64,000 bases of DNA, from NCBI GenBank assembly GCA_041697335.1, contig JBGUGD010000023.1:32001-96000 (forward strand), written 5' to 3'. Each line of letters starts with the position of its first letter. Position 1 is the stretch's first letter. Source of the stretch: Vampirovibrionaceae bacterium NZW_1234. GTDB lineage: Bacteria; Cyanobacteriota; Vampirovibrionia; Vampirovibrionales; JAGQHJ01. Made by a program: the position numbers and the translations under genes. The notes under the pieces were generated by a model. The model had not been told where the DNA came from and searched no databases. It saw nothing but the letters and a program-made list of their open reading frames with translations. Shown here piece after piece: positions 29,801 through 38,578 of the stretch.

Positions 29801-31609
29801 CAGAACATCACCCGGATTAAAGCGTTCAGTGATGAGTTGAGCTTCCGCTATGGCAATAGCCCGGTTACGCTGAAGCTGGATATGAATGGCCTGAAGGATA
29901 TTTACCTGGAGGCCGCCGGCACCATTGCGCCACTGCTGGTTAATGAGATTCTGCTGGGGCATAACTCCAGGACCGTCGCTTATGCTGCTGTGCCCTTCAA
30001 TACGAATCTCTCCGGTGAACTGGGCAAATTGTCCGGCAAGGGTGAGGGGAACAACCTGAATCTGTTTTTAAACGTGAATGTCGCCTCCCTGTTTCAGTCT
30101 CCCAATATGGAGCGTCCTGCTCAGGCCGGGGATTCCTCGTTGGGGCAGGCGAATTTGAGTTCGGTATTGCAGTTGGTCGGGGACACACTCAAGATTGAGC
30201 AGACCCGTTTTGTCTTTGGTCAGAACAGCAGCCTTCAGCTGGATGGCATTGTCCAGAATCTGTTTAACCCCAATCAAATCCAGACGGAATTCAATATCGC
30301 CACAGTGCCTGCGTTGAACCTGACCGAATTTTCGCAGCAGCTCGGTCAGCAGGTGACTGAGGGCTTAAGTGGTGTTATTTCCGCCAATTTACGCATATTG
30401 ATGGGGGCGGTGAAAAACGAAGTCTTCGGCCAGATCGGTCTGGATCATTTTCATGCCCCGGCGCTGGAAGTGGAAGATATGCATGGGGGTATTACCTTCA
30501 ATGGATCAGCAGCCAAAATCAAGGTGGACCATGCAAAGATCCCCGGTGTTGAAGCAGGGTTTACCGCCGATGTGACTAACCTGTTCCATTACCCGTTGCC
30601 GGTTGAGAATTTTAGTATGATGGCCAATCAGTTTGTGGTTTTGCTGTATTCCGAATGGGTGGAGCGCGATGTGATTGGCAAACTGAAACGGGGCATTTGG
30701 GAGAAGTTTTTCCCGAATACCGGTCGACCCGGGATGCTGCCCTTTGAAATCCTGAGTGGCAACCTTCGCGTGAAAGAAGGCATTATTAACAACCTGATTA
30801 TTGAAAACTATTCCAGCACCATACGGGTCTATCCCAATACGTACTTTGAATTGGATCAGGCCAGTGCCGAATCGGCCGGAGGACGCATGACCGGGTTTTA
30901 TGCCATGAGCCCGAGAGATAATAATTTTATGACGGTGCATGTGAACATCGATAAAATGAAGGCCAACGCCGTTTCACAAATCTTTCTGGGCGTAAGCAAT
31001 CAGATTTTCGGCGATTTGAGTGGGGTGATTGATTACACAACGGAAGGCAAGACCGATGACGAAATGATGATGAACACCAACGGGTATGCCGATTTGCGCA
31101 TTGATGACGGTCGACTTCCTTCGGTGGCAAAAATGGAGAACCTGTTAATTGCTGCCAATACGATTTCCGGAGGCTTGGCCAACCTGAATTTGAACAGTCT
31201 TTTCCATTTGGCAGCGCCCTTCCGGACGGAATACTTCGCCCAGTTGACCGGGACCTTCAAAATGGTGGAAGGCATTATTTATACCGATGATATGACCTCC
31301 AAAGGCCAGAACCTGGTGTTAAATATCAAAGGTTCCATACGTATGGTGGATGGGTATGCCGATTTGACGGTCCGGGGCGAAATGGATCGCGAAATTGGCG
31401 GGGTGCTGGGTCCGTTGGGAGATGTGAGTGTCGGTCGGATATTTGGGATTATTCCGCCGCTGCGGCACATTATTAGCCATATTCCCGGAATCGGTTTTAT
31501 CCCCGGCTTTGGGGGGCCCCGTGGCGGCAAGGGAGTTGCTTTTGAAGTGAAAGTTCTTGGGCCTGCCATCGATCCGGGATCGATTCAGGATTTCCGTTGG
31601 GTTCAGTAG
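26801..31609 (+). CDS. Large AsmA/TamB/YhdP-like envelope protein
   Basis: About 1600 aa, single N-terminal TM, repeated amphipathic beta strands (G....P...G motifs), AsmA-like C-terminus. Confidence 0.75.
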   Translation: MKRKHLQLAGSIGVITLGVVTVGSMMVDLLIPKLVDTHALKERIEASVLESTGIRAEIQELAIHPTLFHGVEVYFKSNVLYDPEDVRVVRAGNVVVNVRYLPLLSRVTSISRVTFSNVAIYIGENSFLFRLKKPKVPSDEVRFEDTEVRLQNYELMVDRYFDGVNKYLLRGDYLTLKHVRSKKPLKLDGKGALSFGVDEPNRPVGQLRIQSKMAQAIANKPHVDWKDIQHFRLQLTNVYLDTLATIIHSYRLPLSATGKVDQFIVDVRGMDRVKTLRIDSSTRTPTQVHLSDYDFQFTPGRFFFNTRVDVHPGMKSAKLDDLVLQLAGQKFHALVQGKMLLKEPFDTSSVALRVRSQALPIASFALVPIFNTHQERRIRSVQGEFATDLRVFGTPDTPILKGKVDFHRFSVPSLTNPKRFLVKDVSGTLLLQGPQVYGVRNLRGVVANSPVAVNGKIDLKKRLIDARLLANSLDLGTMFLLIREFDPHVRLLNTWQADGRLGINLRAKGAVRNPWLEGHVSLQDVSLTSIRDKSPWLRHLFGDVHFKGMNVVIRPTRFVLGESPGDVHGQINRQKSWLDLAIRIPKLNLATVQTMINDVLQLSGRSVEWLAKSSLSGNAYTDITVTGHWKRPQVKGLMSLKEGRLTRKDKSVDFRQIQGTIAFQKDVIVLSPLSGVFNTIPVTLQGRILDYFNRIDMGVKAPSVDLAQLAKVLSSFQPNLLRNIALAGGASFDLNVAGLLRKPDVTGAIQLTNARVAYTPQQVVLQGLTGGLMLRPEIIDVQSVRGQFEGVPFLLSGFVGTKGDRYSMRLQASQVPLTRLESIAATFMPGMASTFNELGILGGVADLNLLLASNLPNKIGGSATIIGLTAMPARLGSPFSIARANYDIQSGRLSVPQGGIRWGELAFSLNGVANAAGYNLRLLSQPFPMAFLRDNEALLNNLFRIDLPEIYNASGNIQLDARLTPQQTEATLTFQNAGASFADLKYPLYNLIGSIHLTVPQNITRIKAFSDELSFRYGNSPVTLKLDMNGLKDIYLEAAGTIAPLLVNEILLGHNSRTVAYAAVPFNTNLSGELGKLSGKGEGNNLNLFLNVNVASLFQSPNMERPAQAGDSSLGQANLSSVLQLVGDTLKIEQTRFVFGQNSSLQLDGIVQNLFNPNQIQTEFNIATVPALNLTEFSQQLGQQVTEGLSGVISANLRILMGAVKNEVFGQIGLDHFHAPALEVEDMHGGITFNGSAAKIKVDHAKIPGVEAGFTADVTNLFHYPLPVENFSMMANQFVVLLYSEWVERDVIGKLKRGIWEKFFPNTGRPGMLPFEILSGNLRVKEGIINNLIIENYSSTIRVYPNTYFELDQASAESAGGRMTGFYAMSPRDNNFMTVHVNIDKMKANAVSQIFLGVSNQIFGDLSGVIDYTTEGKTDDEMMMNTNGYADLRIDDGRLPSVAKMENLLIAANTISGGLANLNLNSLFHLAAPFRTEYFAQLTGTFKMVEGIIYTDDMTSKGQNLVLNIKGSIRMVDGYADLTVRGEMDREIGGVLGPLGDVSVGRIFGIIPPLRHIISHIPGIGFIPGFGGPRGGKGVAFEVKVLGPAIDPGSIQDFRWVQ

Positions 31610-31765
31610 GACGGCGTTTCCAATTTTTTTCGGACATGGGTAGCAACTTTTTCTGTTGAGGTGCGTTTCATACACATCACTCAACATCCACTCATGTTTT
31701 TGAACGATTGAGTTGAGAGTCTCACACCAACAACCATCACATACTAGGAAAGAGGATAACTGATA

Positions 31766-32371
31766 ATGCCTACGCCAGTGAACGTTAAATTTGTCCCCCG
31801 CTTTGGTTCCGTCGATGCTGTTTCTTCGGTGTCGATTAACGGTAAAGATGATAAAGAGATCGTGGAACTGTTAAAAGGGGAATCACCCTCCCACTTGACA
31901 CATACCGGTGGTCTGAGCTTCCGTGAAGCCCACTCTCTGAGCCAGCTGGAAGATGCCTATACCCCTATCATTGGTGACCCTCAAGGTATTTATCATATGT
32001 TTGCGGGTTTAAACAAGAGCCCTCGTGACGCGGCTCAGGATTCCTTCAATGCCATCTCGCGTCGCTATATTATTTTAGACAGCAAAGATCGCTCTTACCG
32101 GGGTCTGGGCTATGTCAACCTGAGAGTTCACCCCATTGTGGCTCAGGTGGCTCAGCTCTATCACGGTGATTTGGGGCGTGCCGGATACCGCTACGAAGAT
32201 AAGCCGGAAGCCAAAAAAGCATTCCCGGTTCTGTTCCAGGTGATGGATATGCCGGACAAGGCTCGCGCTGGAAAACTGTTAAAAGAAGCCTTTGGCTATT
32301 ATCAAGGCATTGACGGTTTTTCCAAAATCGTGGATAAATTCGTTTCCGACGTGCTGCCAAACCGGAAATAG
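31766..32371 (+). CDS. Hypothetical protein with PRFGS leader
   Basis: GAGGA SD; 201 aa; followed by a terminator hairpin. Confidence 0.7.
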   Translation: MPTPVNVKFVPRFGSVDAVSSVSINGKDDKEIVELLKGESPSHLTHTGGLSFREAHSLSQLEDAYTPIIGDPQGIYHMFAGLNKSPRDAAQDSFNAISRRYIILDSKDRSYRGLGYVNLRVHPIVAQVAQLYHGDLGRAGYRYEDKPEAKKAFPVLFQVMDMPDKARAGKLLKEAFGYYQGIDGFSKIVDKFVSDVLPNRK

Positions 32372-32394
32372 GTTTCAATCCTGAAGTCCTTATC

Positions 32395-32428
32395 AATCCC
32401 CCTGTTCCTCCGGGTCAGGGGGATTTTG
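32395..32428 (+). terminator. Intrinsic terminator
   Basis: aatccccctg/cagggggatt stem followed by T residues. Confidence 0.65.
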
Positions 32429-32527
32429 ATGTTGGGCTCTGAGTTCCAGCACGCGCGCAACCGGTCAGGGCAATCGGTTTTTTATAGGGAAAGCCTTAAT
32501 CGTTCAACCCACATGATGGGATAGGAG

Positions 32528-33751
32528 TTGATGATGACCCAGATTCTTTCGCACTTTCCTTTGAAGACGGTTGCATCTCGTCGTCCCAGTATTGCCGTAA
32601 TGCAATCTCAAAGCCGGTTTCCTTTAGGTGCCCGACCCATTTCCTCAGGACAGGATGTTGAAGCTCCGAGAAGACTCCGATTCGGATCAGCCATTCAAAT
32701 CGACAAGATGCCTGTTTCGTCTGATGTGATGGCGGGGTTGCCCTCGCTGAAGGAGCTAAAAAAGCCGGTGGCTGTGGTTGTTGTCGGGGGGAATGCGACC
32801 CAGCTGGTGATTGTTCACCCGAATAGTCAGTCGCTGGTGGCACAGACGTTGATACCTTTGGGCAGTAAAGGCAAAGGCACTGGTATCAATCCCCAGGGGC
32901 TCGCCGGAACGGTGGTTCAGGGCCAGCTTCATGAGGCTTTCAAGGATTTTCAACGGGAACTGGAGGCTGCCGGTATTTTACCCGAACACCCTGAGCGTAT
33001 TCTGGCTGTGGCCACAGGCGGGGTCCGACAACTGGGGGATTCCGACCGGACTTGGGTTTTGGACACGGCGCAGAAACAGTATGGGATTCCTTTGAAGACA
33101 ATTGATGGCCACGACGAAGCCGATTTTGTTTATCGAAGTGTATTGACTGGGCAGCCCGTGGGAGCTTCTGAGCCGGTAAGGCTCATTGAAATCGGGGGCG
33201 CTTCTACGGAAATTGCCTCGGGGCGAGGAGTTTATAGCGACTCTCATCAGACAGTCACATTGCTGGTGGGTGGCGGCTCGCTGGGATTGTCTGAGCCTTT
33301 TGACCTGGGGCAATTGCAGACTGCACGCAATACGGTGTCCAAGGCAATTCACGCGTCCCAGATTCGCCCGGACGCAACGTTGCCTCGATTGTTTATGAAT
33401 CCCTCGGCGGTTTATCATACTTTGGCCACAGTCCATTTAGCCCAACATCCTGGAGAAGACCTGCTGAAAGAAGGTTTGTCGCTTCGGTTAATTCAACACT
33501 ATCTTTCTCCGGAAGGGTTACAAACCTTGAAAACGACTCATGATAGCGTCACCACTTCGGATAAAGCGCGTAAAGCTCTTAAAGACGTTCCTGCTAAACT
33601 GCTGATTCTCGAGCAGGTGCTGTTGAGTCTTGGGGCTAGCCCCGAAACGCTGGTCAGGTTCGGCTCCCCGGGAGGCATGAAAATGGGCGTGATGGCAGAA
33701 CTGATTGAAGCGGTCTCGGCTAAGGACACTGCCGCCAAGGACGCCTCGTAA
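32528..33751 (+). CDS. Divergent Ppx/GppA-like (ASKHA) phosphatase with N-terminal extension
   Basis: AVATGGVRQ, IDGHDEA and LIEIGGASTEI match Ppx/GppA motifs; AGGAG SD. Confidence 0.7.
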   Translation: MMMTQILSHFPLKTVASRRPSIAVMQSQSRFPLGARPISSGQDVEAPRRLRFGSAIQIDKMPVSSDVMAGLPSLKELKKPVAVVVVGGNATQLVIVHPNSQSLVAQTLIPLGSKGKGTGINPQGLAGTVVQGQLHEAFKDFQRELEAAGILPEHPERILAVATGGVRQLGDSDRTWVLDTAQKQYGIPLKTIDGHDEADFVYRSVLTGQPVGASEPVRLIEIGGASTEIASGRGVYSDSHQTVTLLVGGGSLGLSEPFDLGQLQTARNTVSKAIHASQIRPDATLPRLFMNPSAVYHTLATVHLAQHPGEDLLKEGLSLRLIQHYLSPEGLQTLKTTHDSVTTSDKARKALKDVPAKLLILEQVLLSLGASPETLVRFGSPGGMKMGVMAELIEAVSAKDTAAKDAS

Positions 33752-33789
33752 ATTCGGGTCTGCAACTAGGGCAAGGCGCGACGAATGCG

Positions 33790-33996
33790 CTACAGGGCCA
33801 GGATCTGTTGCGAAAAATAGGTTTGAATGTTTGCAAAGACCGAGTTATAGATGAGGCCCATTTGCAATGGCGCAATGGCCACCACGGTGGCGACGATCAG
33901 AGCTCCCGTAATCATGGCTCCGGCGTACTCAATCATGGCTTGGCCGGGGTGGGCGTGGTTTTTCGCGGTGGTCGCCTGCATTTTTTTAACCATCAT
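33790..33996 (-). CDS. flp: Flp/type IVb pilin (second copy)
   Basis: G|QAMIEYAGAMI motif plus hydrophobic helix; GAGAGG SD. Confidence 0.82.
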   Translation of the reverse strand: MMVKKMQATTAKNHAHPGQAMIEYAGAMITGALIVATVVAIAPLQMGLIYNSVFANIQTYFSQQILAL

Positions 33997-34120
33997 GGAC
34001 ATCCTCTCTTTCTCATTGGTGTGCCTGACGGAGCATCGGGCATGGGTTATTGGTATGTTCTTTTTATATATAGTTTAGACTGCTTTTCCATGACTTGCGT
34101 TCATCTTATGGTCTAGACCG

Positions 34121-35389
34121 GTGGATGAGACGTTAGCCATATTGCTAGTAACACTTTGGAGAAACCAAGCCGACTCGGCACGGGGCATGGTGGAAATACT
34201 GACGGATAGAGACCCTGAGGATACCGGACTCGTGAAACCCCTTGTTGAGCCAATGGCGAAAGACTTGATGCATTACCCTATTATTACGGCCAAAGAGTCC
34301 ATGAACTGCCGTGATATTATGAATCTCCTGCTGAAAAGCCATGTGAGTGGACTCCCTGTGACCGACAATGCCGGTCGATTGGTGGGGATGATTACGTTGC
34401 GCGATATTGTACGGATTAAGCATGACTTACCCTATATGCCCACTATGGCTGACAGCCAGAACGGTTTTGTAAAAGATTATATGATTTCCCGAGTGTTCAC
34501 AGCCTATCCGGACGATCCTATCAGCAAGATTGCCACGTTGATCTATGAGAACCATATTCATCGTGTGGTTATCGTGAACAAAAAGAATCAGCCTGTAGGC
34601 ATCGTCACGGCGTCCGACTTTGCAAGCTATTATCATCGTCAACTGTCAGGCAACCCCGGTTCTTCACCGCCTGCCTCGGAAACGTCGGGTTTGCCGGAAG
34701 CCCTCGTTAAAGACTATATGTCGAAACACCTCATCACCATTCGAGAGAATGATTCGGTCAATACGCTCCTGGAACTACTGGGGCATACCCATGTGAGCGG
34801 GGTGCCGGTGATTAATGAGCAGGGCGATCTGACGGGCATCGTCACCCGGACGGATCTGTCGCATCCGGTGTTATTGCGTTTCTTGCGGGAAGGGCGATCG
34901 CTCTATGAATTGTTTGTCAAGGATATTTATACCTCGCATCGGGTTATCGATGTTTATGTGGATGATACCATTGCCCATGCTTCTAAAGTGATGCTGGATT
35001 CCCAAATTCATCGGGTCATGGTTATTAACCACGAACAGCGCTATGTCGGGATTTTGACCAGCACGGATATTATGCGACTTTGCTCCGAGAATCACACTGT
35101 CCCTGAGCGCCAACCCCTTACCGATGTTCATATTGTGGTTGAAACCGCTGCCAACGTACCTTGTTCGTTGGCCCTTCGGGAGTGGGAAATTCAGATGCTC
35201 CGGCTTCTGGCCCAGGAGAAGACCATGAATGAAATTGCCGATATCTTGCATATGCAAGCCGATGAGGTCCTCGTTGAAAAAGAGAACCTGTTGACCAAAC
35301 TGAATGCCCGAACCATTGGTGAAGCCGTGGCTAAAGCCATTGAGGAGGGGTTGTACAATTACCGGTTTTCCTGCGAAAAGAACATATAG
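34121..35389 (+). CDS. Four-CBS-domain protein with C-terminal LuxR-like HTH
   Basis: VSGLPV, IHRVVIV, VSGVPV, IHRVMVI CBS motifs; C-terminal EIQMLRLLAQ...EIADILH...KLNA...A...GL; start uncertain. Confidence 0.8.
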   Translation: MDETLAILLVTLWRNQADSARGMVEILTDRDPEDTGLVKPLVEPMAKDLMHYPIITAKESMNCRDIMNLLLKSHVSGLPVTDNAGRLVGMITLRDIVRIKHDLPYMPTMADSQNGFVKDYMISRVFTAYPDDPISKIATLIYENHIHRVVIVNKKNQPVGIVTASDFASYYHRQLSGNPGSSPPASETSGLPEALVKDYMSKHLITIRENDSVNTLLELLGHTHVSGVPVINEQGDLTGIVTRTDLSHPVLLRFLREGRSLYELFVKDIYTSHRVIDVYVDDTIAHASKVMLDSQIHRVMVINHEQRYVGILTSTDIMRLCSENHTVPERQPLTDVHIVVETAANVPCSLALREWEIQMLRLLAQEKTMNEIADILHMQADEVLVEKENLLTKLNARTIGEAVAKAIEEGLYNYRFSCEKNI

Positions 35390-35412
35390 GCTGATTCAGT
35401 CTAATGTCGTGT

Positions 35413-35442
35413 GCCGTCTGCTTTTTGGGCAGGCGGCTTTTT
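35413..35442 (+). terminator. Intrinsic terminator
   Basis: gccgtctgc/gcaggcggc stem followed by TTTTT. Confidence 0.7.
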
Positions 35443-35559
35443 ATGGCGGACACGCGTAAACGGTGAGGGGCAAATTGTCACATATGGAAACAACCTGTTC
35501 CAAACATAATAATGATTGTTTTTATATTAATATTCGTACATTGAGAGAGCAGGAGAAAC

Positions 35560-36450
35560 GTGCCCATGGTGATGGCCAAACCCGCGGATAGAAATTCTGC
35601 AATGGAACGTGCATTGACCCGAGCCGACAGGCAAAAGGTAGAGTCCCGGTATTCCAAACAAAATGATGGTGTCGTCTCATTTGAAGAACTGGTGAGCGCC
35701 CGCAAGGAACTGCGTGCCGCCTTGGGTCTGGAGAGCAATACCATCGGGCAGCCTTTGGGCAAAGCCAATATCCGCAGTCTGAATGAAGAGCTCCGTGAAA
35801 CCGAACGGTTGATTAAAAATTTCTACCCCACAGCGGGGCAGGAAAAGAATCTGCTTTACGGCGGCAAAGGGACCAACCCGCGTCGGAATGAAAATATCTA
35901 CACCATTTCCAAAACCGAAGGCCAAAACGTGATTGACGCACCTATCAAGTTAAATGATACCGATATCTCGACCTTGGCCACCGACATCAACCGCACGCGC
36001 GGAAAAGCCTTGGTCGGACAGCCTTTTAGTGCAGAAGATCTGACGCGTTACAAAGGCCAATTGGAAGCAAAACTGGGCTTTAATGATCCATCCATGCTCA
36101 AACAGCTCAGCGATACGGATCGCCAGAGTACGCTGGACCAGCTGAATGCCGTGAACGCCTTGATTGAACAAAAAGATCAGGTGGATGCCAACCGTGACGG
36201 TAAGCTGAGTACCGATGAAATTAAGCGTTATTCCAATGCCAACAATTGGGGAGCCACAGCACCCGCTCCGGCACCTGTGCCAGTTCCCGCTCCTGTTCCG
36301 GTTCCGGCCCCGGTGCCAGTTCCGGCGCCTACGCCAACCCCTTCTCCCACACCGGTGCCTCCACCATCTGAGCCACCAACGGATATCAATGCCTTGCTTC
36401 AAATGCTTCAGACACTGCTTCAGCAATTGCAAGTACTCTGGGGCCGGTAG
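35560..36450 (+). CDS. EF-hand-containing protein with Pro-Ala/Pro-Val repeat linker
   Basis: DANRDGKLSTDE canonical EF loop, degenerate SKQNDGVVSFEE, (PAPVPV)n; AGGAG SD. Confidence 0.7.
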   Translation: MPMVMAKPADRNSAMERALTRADRQKVESRYSKQNDGVVSFEELVSARKELRAALGLESNTIGQPLGKANIRSLNEELRETERLIKNFYPTAGQEKNLLYGGKGTNPRRNENIYTISKTEGQNVIDAPIKLNDTDISTLATDINRTRGKALVGQPFSAEDLTRYKGQLEAKLGFNDPSMLKQLSDTDRQSTLDQLNAVNALIEQKDQVDANRDGKLSTDEIKRYSNANNWGATAPAPAPVPVPAPVPVPAPVPVPAPTPTPSPTPVPPPSEPPTDINALLQMLQTLLQQLQVLWGR

Positions 36451-36540
36451 AAAAAACTTTCTCGTCTTACACCGTTACATTAAAGAAGGTCTGACATGCT
36501 GGACCTTCTTTTCCTTATTTGTCGCTTTTTCACCCCAAGC

Positions 36541-37059
36541 TCAGCGTTGAGCGGTAATGCACTTGATAAGCTTGTCTTCCTGGTTTTGGCAGCCGCTTTT
36601 TTTATGGAGCAACAGTTTTTGCAGCAAGTTCGGGGTGTCCTTACCATGGGTGCTGAAGACAAAGTAAAAAGTTTCCTTGCGGCTATCGGGCCTGGTGAGG
36701 GTCCCAAGGCCATGGCCGCGACGAATACTGTCGGCCACGGGAGTGGCATCCATAGTGGAGCCATCGGAGCAGGTCAGCTGGGCATCGCCGACGAGACCTT
36801 TTACAGCAAGCGGATTCTTGCCGGAATAGCCGTTCATTTTAAACGTCCCGCTACATTGGGTGGGCTCATCCTGAAAGTTGATGGTAATGTGCCCTGTGTT
36901 TGCAAAGGCTGCATGATGCACTTTGCCGACAGCCAATTTGCAGCTTTTGTCCAGTGTGCCGAGCACATCGTATTGGAAGGCATAGGCCACAGGGGCTAGC
37001 ATCAACATTAAAGCCATCACGAGGCGGGCGCTGGAGAGGCATGATTTACTGCGATACAT
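36541..37059 (-). CDS. Hypothetical exported protein
   Basis: Signal-peptide-like LVMALMLMLAPVAYA, several Cys, beta-rich. Confidence 0.55.
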   Translation of the reverse strand: MYRSKSCLSSARLVMALMLMLAPVAYAFQYDVLGTLDKSCKLAVGKVHHAAFANTGHITINFQDEPTQCSGTFKMNGYSGKNPLAVKGLVGDAQLTCSDGSTMDATPVADSIRRGHGLGTLTRPDSRKETFYFVFSTHGKDTPNLLQKLLLHKKSGCQNQEDKLIKCITAQR

Positions 37060-37896
37060 ACTCACTCTCGACCTGGATCCCTTTGCTGCTGTTACTGCCT
37101 TTACTGATAGTATACCCATTTTTGTTGAGCGGAAAACCTTCTGGTTTGAAAGGTTTTCGGTGCACGATTCTTTAAAAGGTCCGTATTCACCAGGGCTGTC
37201 TGAATATGACCAGAATATCTCTGCTTTCAGAAGACAGGTACTCAGGGTAGAACACGAGGTCTATCTATATAAAAACCGGATGCTTTGCCTAAATGCTACT
37301 GTAAGATGAGGTTTTGGAAAGAATTAAGAATCAAAGGCCTTCTCTCAAGGTTCACTTGCTGGATACACGATAGGGACGGTATTGAAACCGAAGGCATTAA
37401 AACGTCGGCAAGACGCATAAACCACTGGAATAATTACTTTGGAGTGGCGTGGGAGGCATCCCTACGTGGTCGGTAATGGTCTGGGAAGGCTCAACGTATT
37501 TTAAAATTGACTGGTCTTTTTTTTGATGGATGAGAGGACTTTTGAAACAAGCAGCTCTGTTATCCTGACAATTGAATCTGCTTTAAATGATTGTAGATGT
37601 GGGTAATTTCCTATCCAAGGCAGCAAATGTATTCTGTTTCATACCGAAACTAACCATACCTAAGTGAAATACCTAACTAAGGCACGATTCTACAGCTAAG
37701 AGAGAGCTGGAGCGCTGGTATCCCGCAAACGGTTTGGGTTGCCAGCATTTTTTTTGACTGTCTGTTGCAGAGAATGCTGACACAAAAGCTGTGGTTTTAA
37801 TACCACCCATACAGACAGTTATTCATAGGACCATCAGTTCAAAGCATAACGGGACTGAACCGCTGTGGAAGAATGGGGCTATTGTGTTTTAAAAGG

Positions 37897-37981
<85 letters not shown>

Positions 37982-38289
37982 ATAAGGGGGTGAATCGGAA
38001 GTAGTGTAACACCCTCTTGGATACAATTCAATGGGGATTTTAGATCCGGCATGGGATTCCCATCCCGAGGCGAATGATCTGGAAAAGCCCGCAGATCAGG
38101 ATTTTAGGACCCGAAAAAAGCGTTCCGGGATACTCATCATCTGCAAATCGTCGCTGATGCCATAAATGTCCTTTTGAAAGGCAGCTCAAGGAATCTAGAT
38201 GATAGTTTTTGAAGCGTTCAAACGTGACGCAATGGAGGGATATCTTTCTGGAGATAATTAGATATCCCACTAGGGACAAAAAGAAAAAA

Positions 38290-38361
38290 CTCCCCAGGTA
38301 GGATTCGAACCTACAACCGATCGGTTAACAGCCGATTGCTCTGCCATTGAGCTACTGAGGA
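38290..38361 (-). tRNA. tRNA-Asn(GTT)
   Basis: TCCTCAG/CTGGGGA acceptor, AGCTCAATGG, CT-GTT-AA loop, GGTTCGAATCC; CCA not encoded. Confidence 0.97.
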
Positions 38362-38578
38362 ATGTGTAAAACCAGTCTCAACAACTGATTGTATTCAGTA
38401 TTGTAACAAGAATTGCCAAGAAGTAAAGGGAAGGTTGGAGGATTGCGAAAATCAACACATGTGCTAAAGGCTTTTTGCGTTCGGGCGTTACAATTATTTA
38501 TATTTTATATATCTTTGGCAATTTTAGGATATCCGATGTTTTTATTATCTTACGAAGAGACATTAGAGGGTTTTAATT

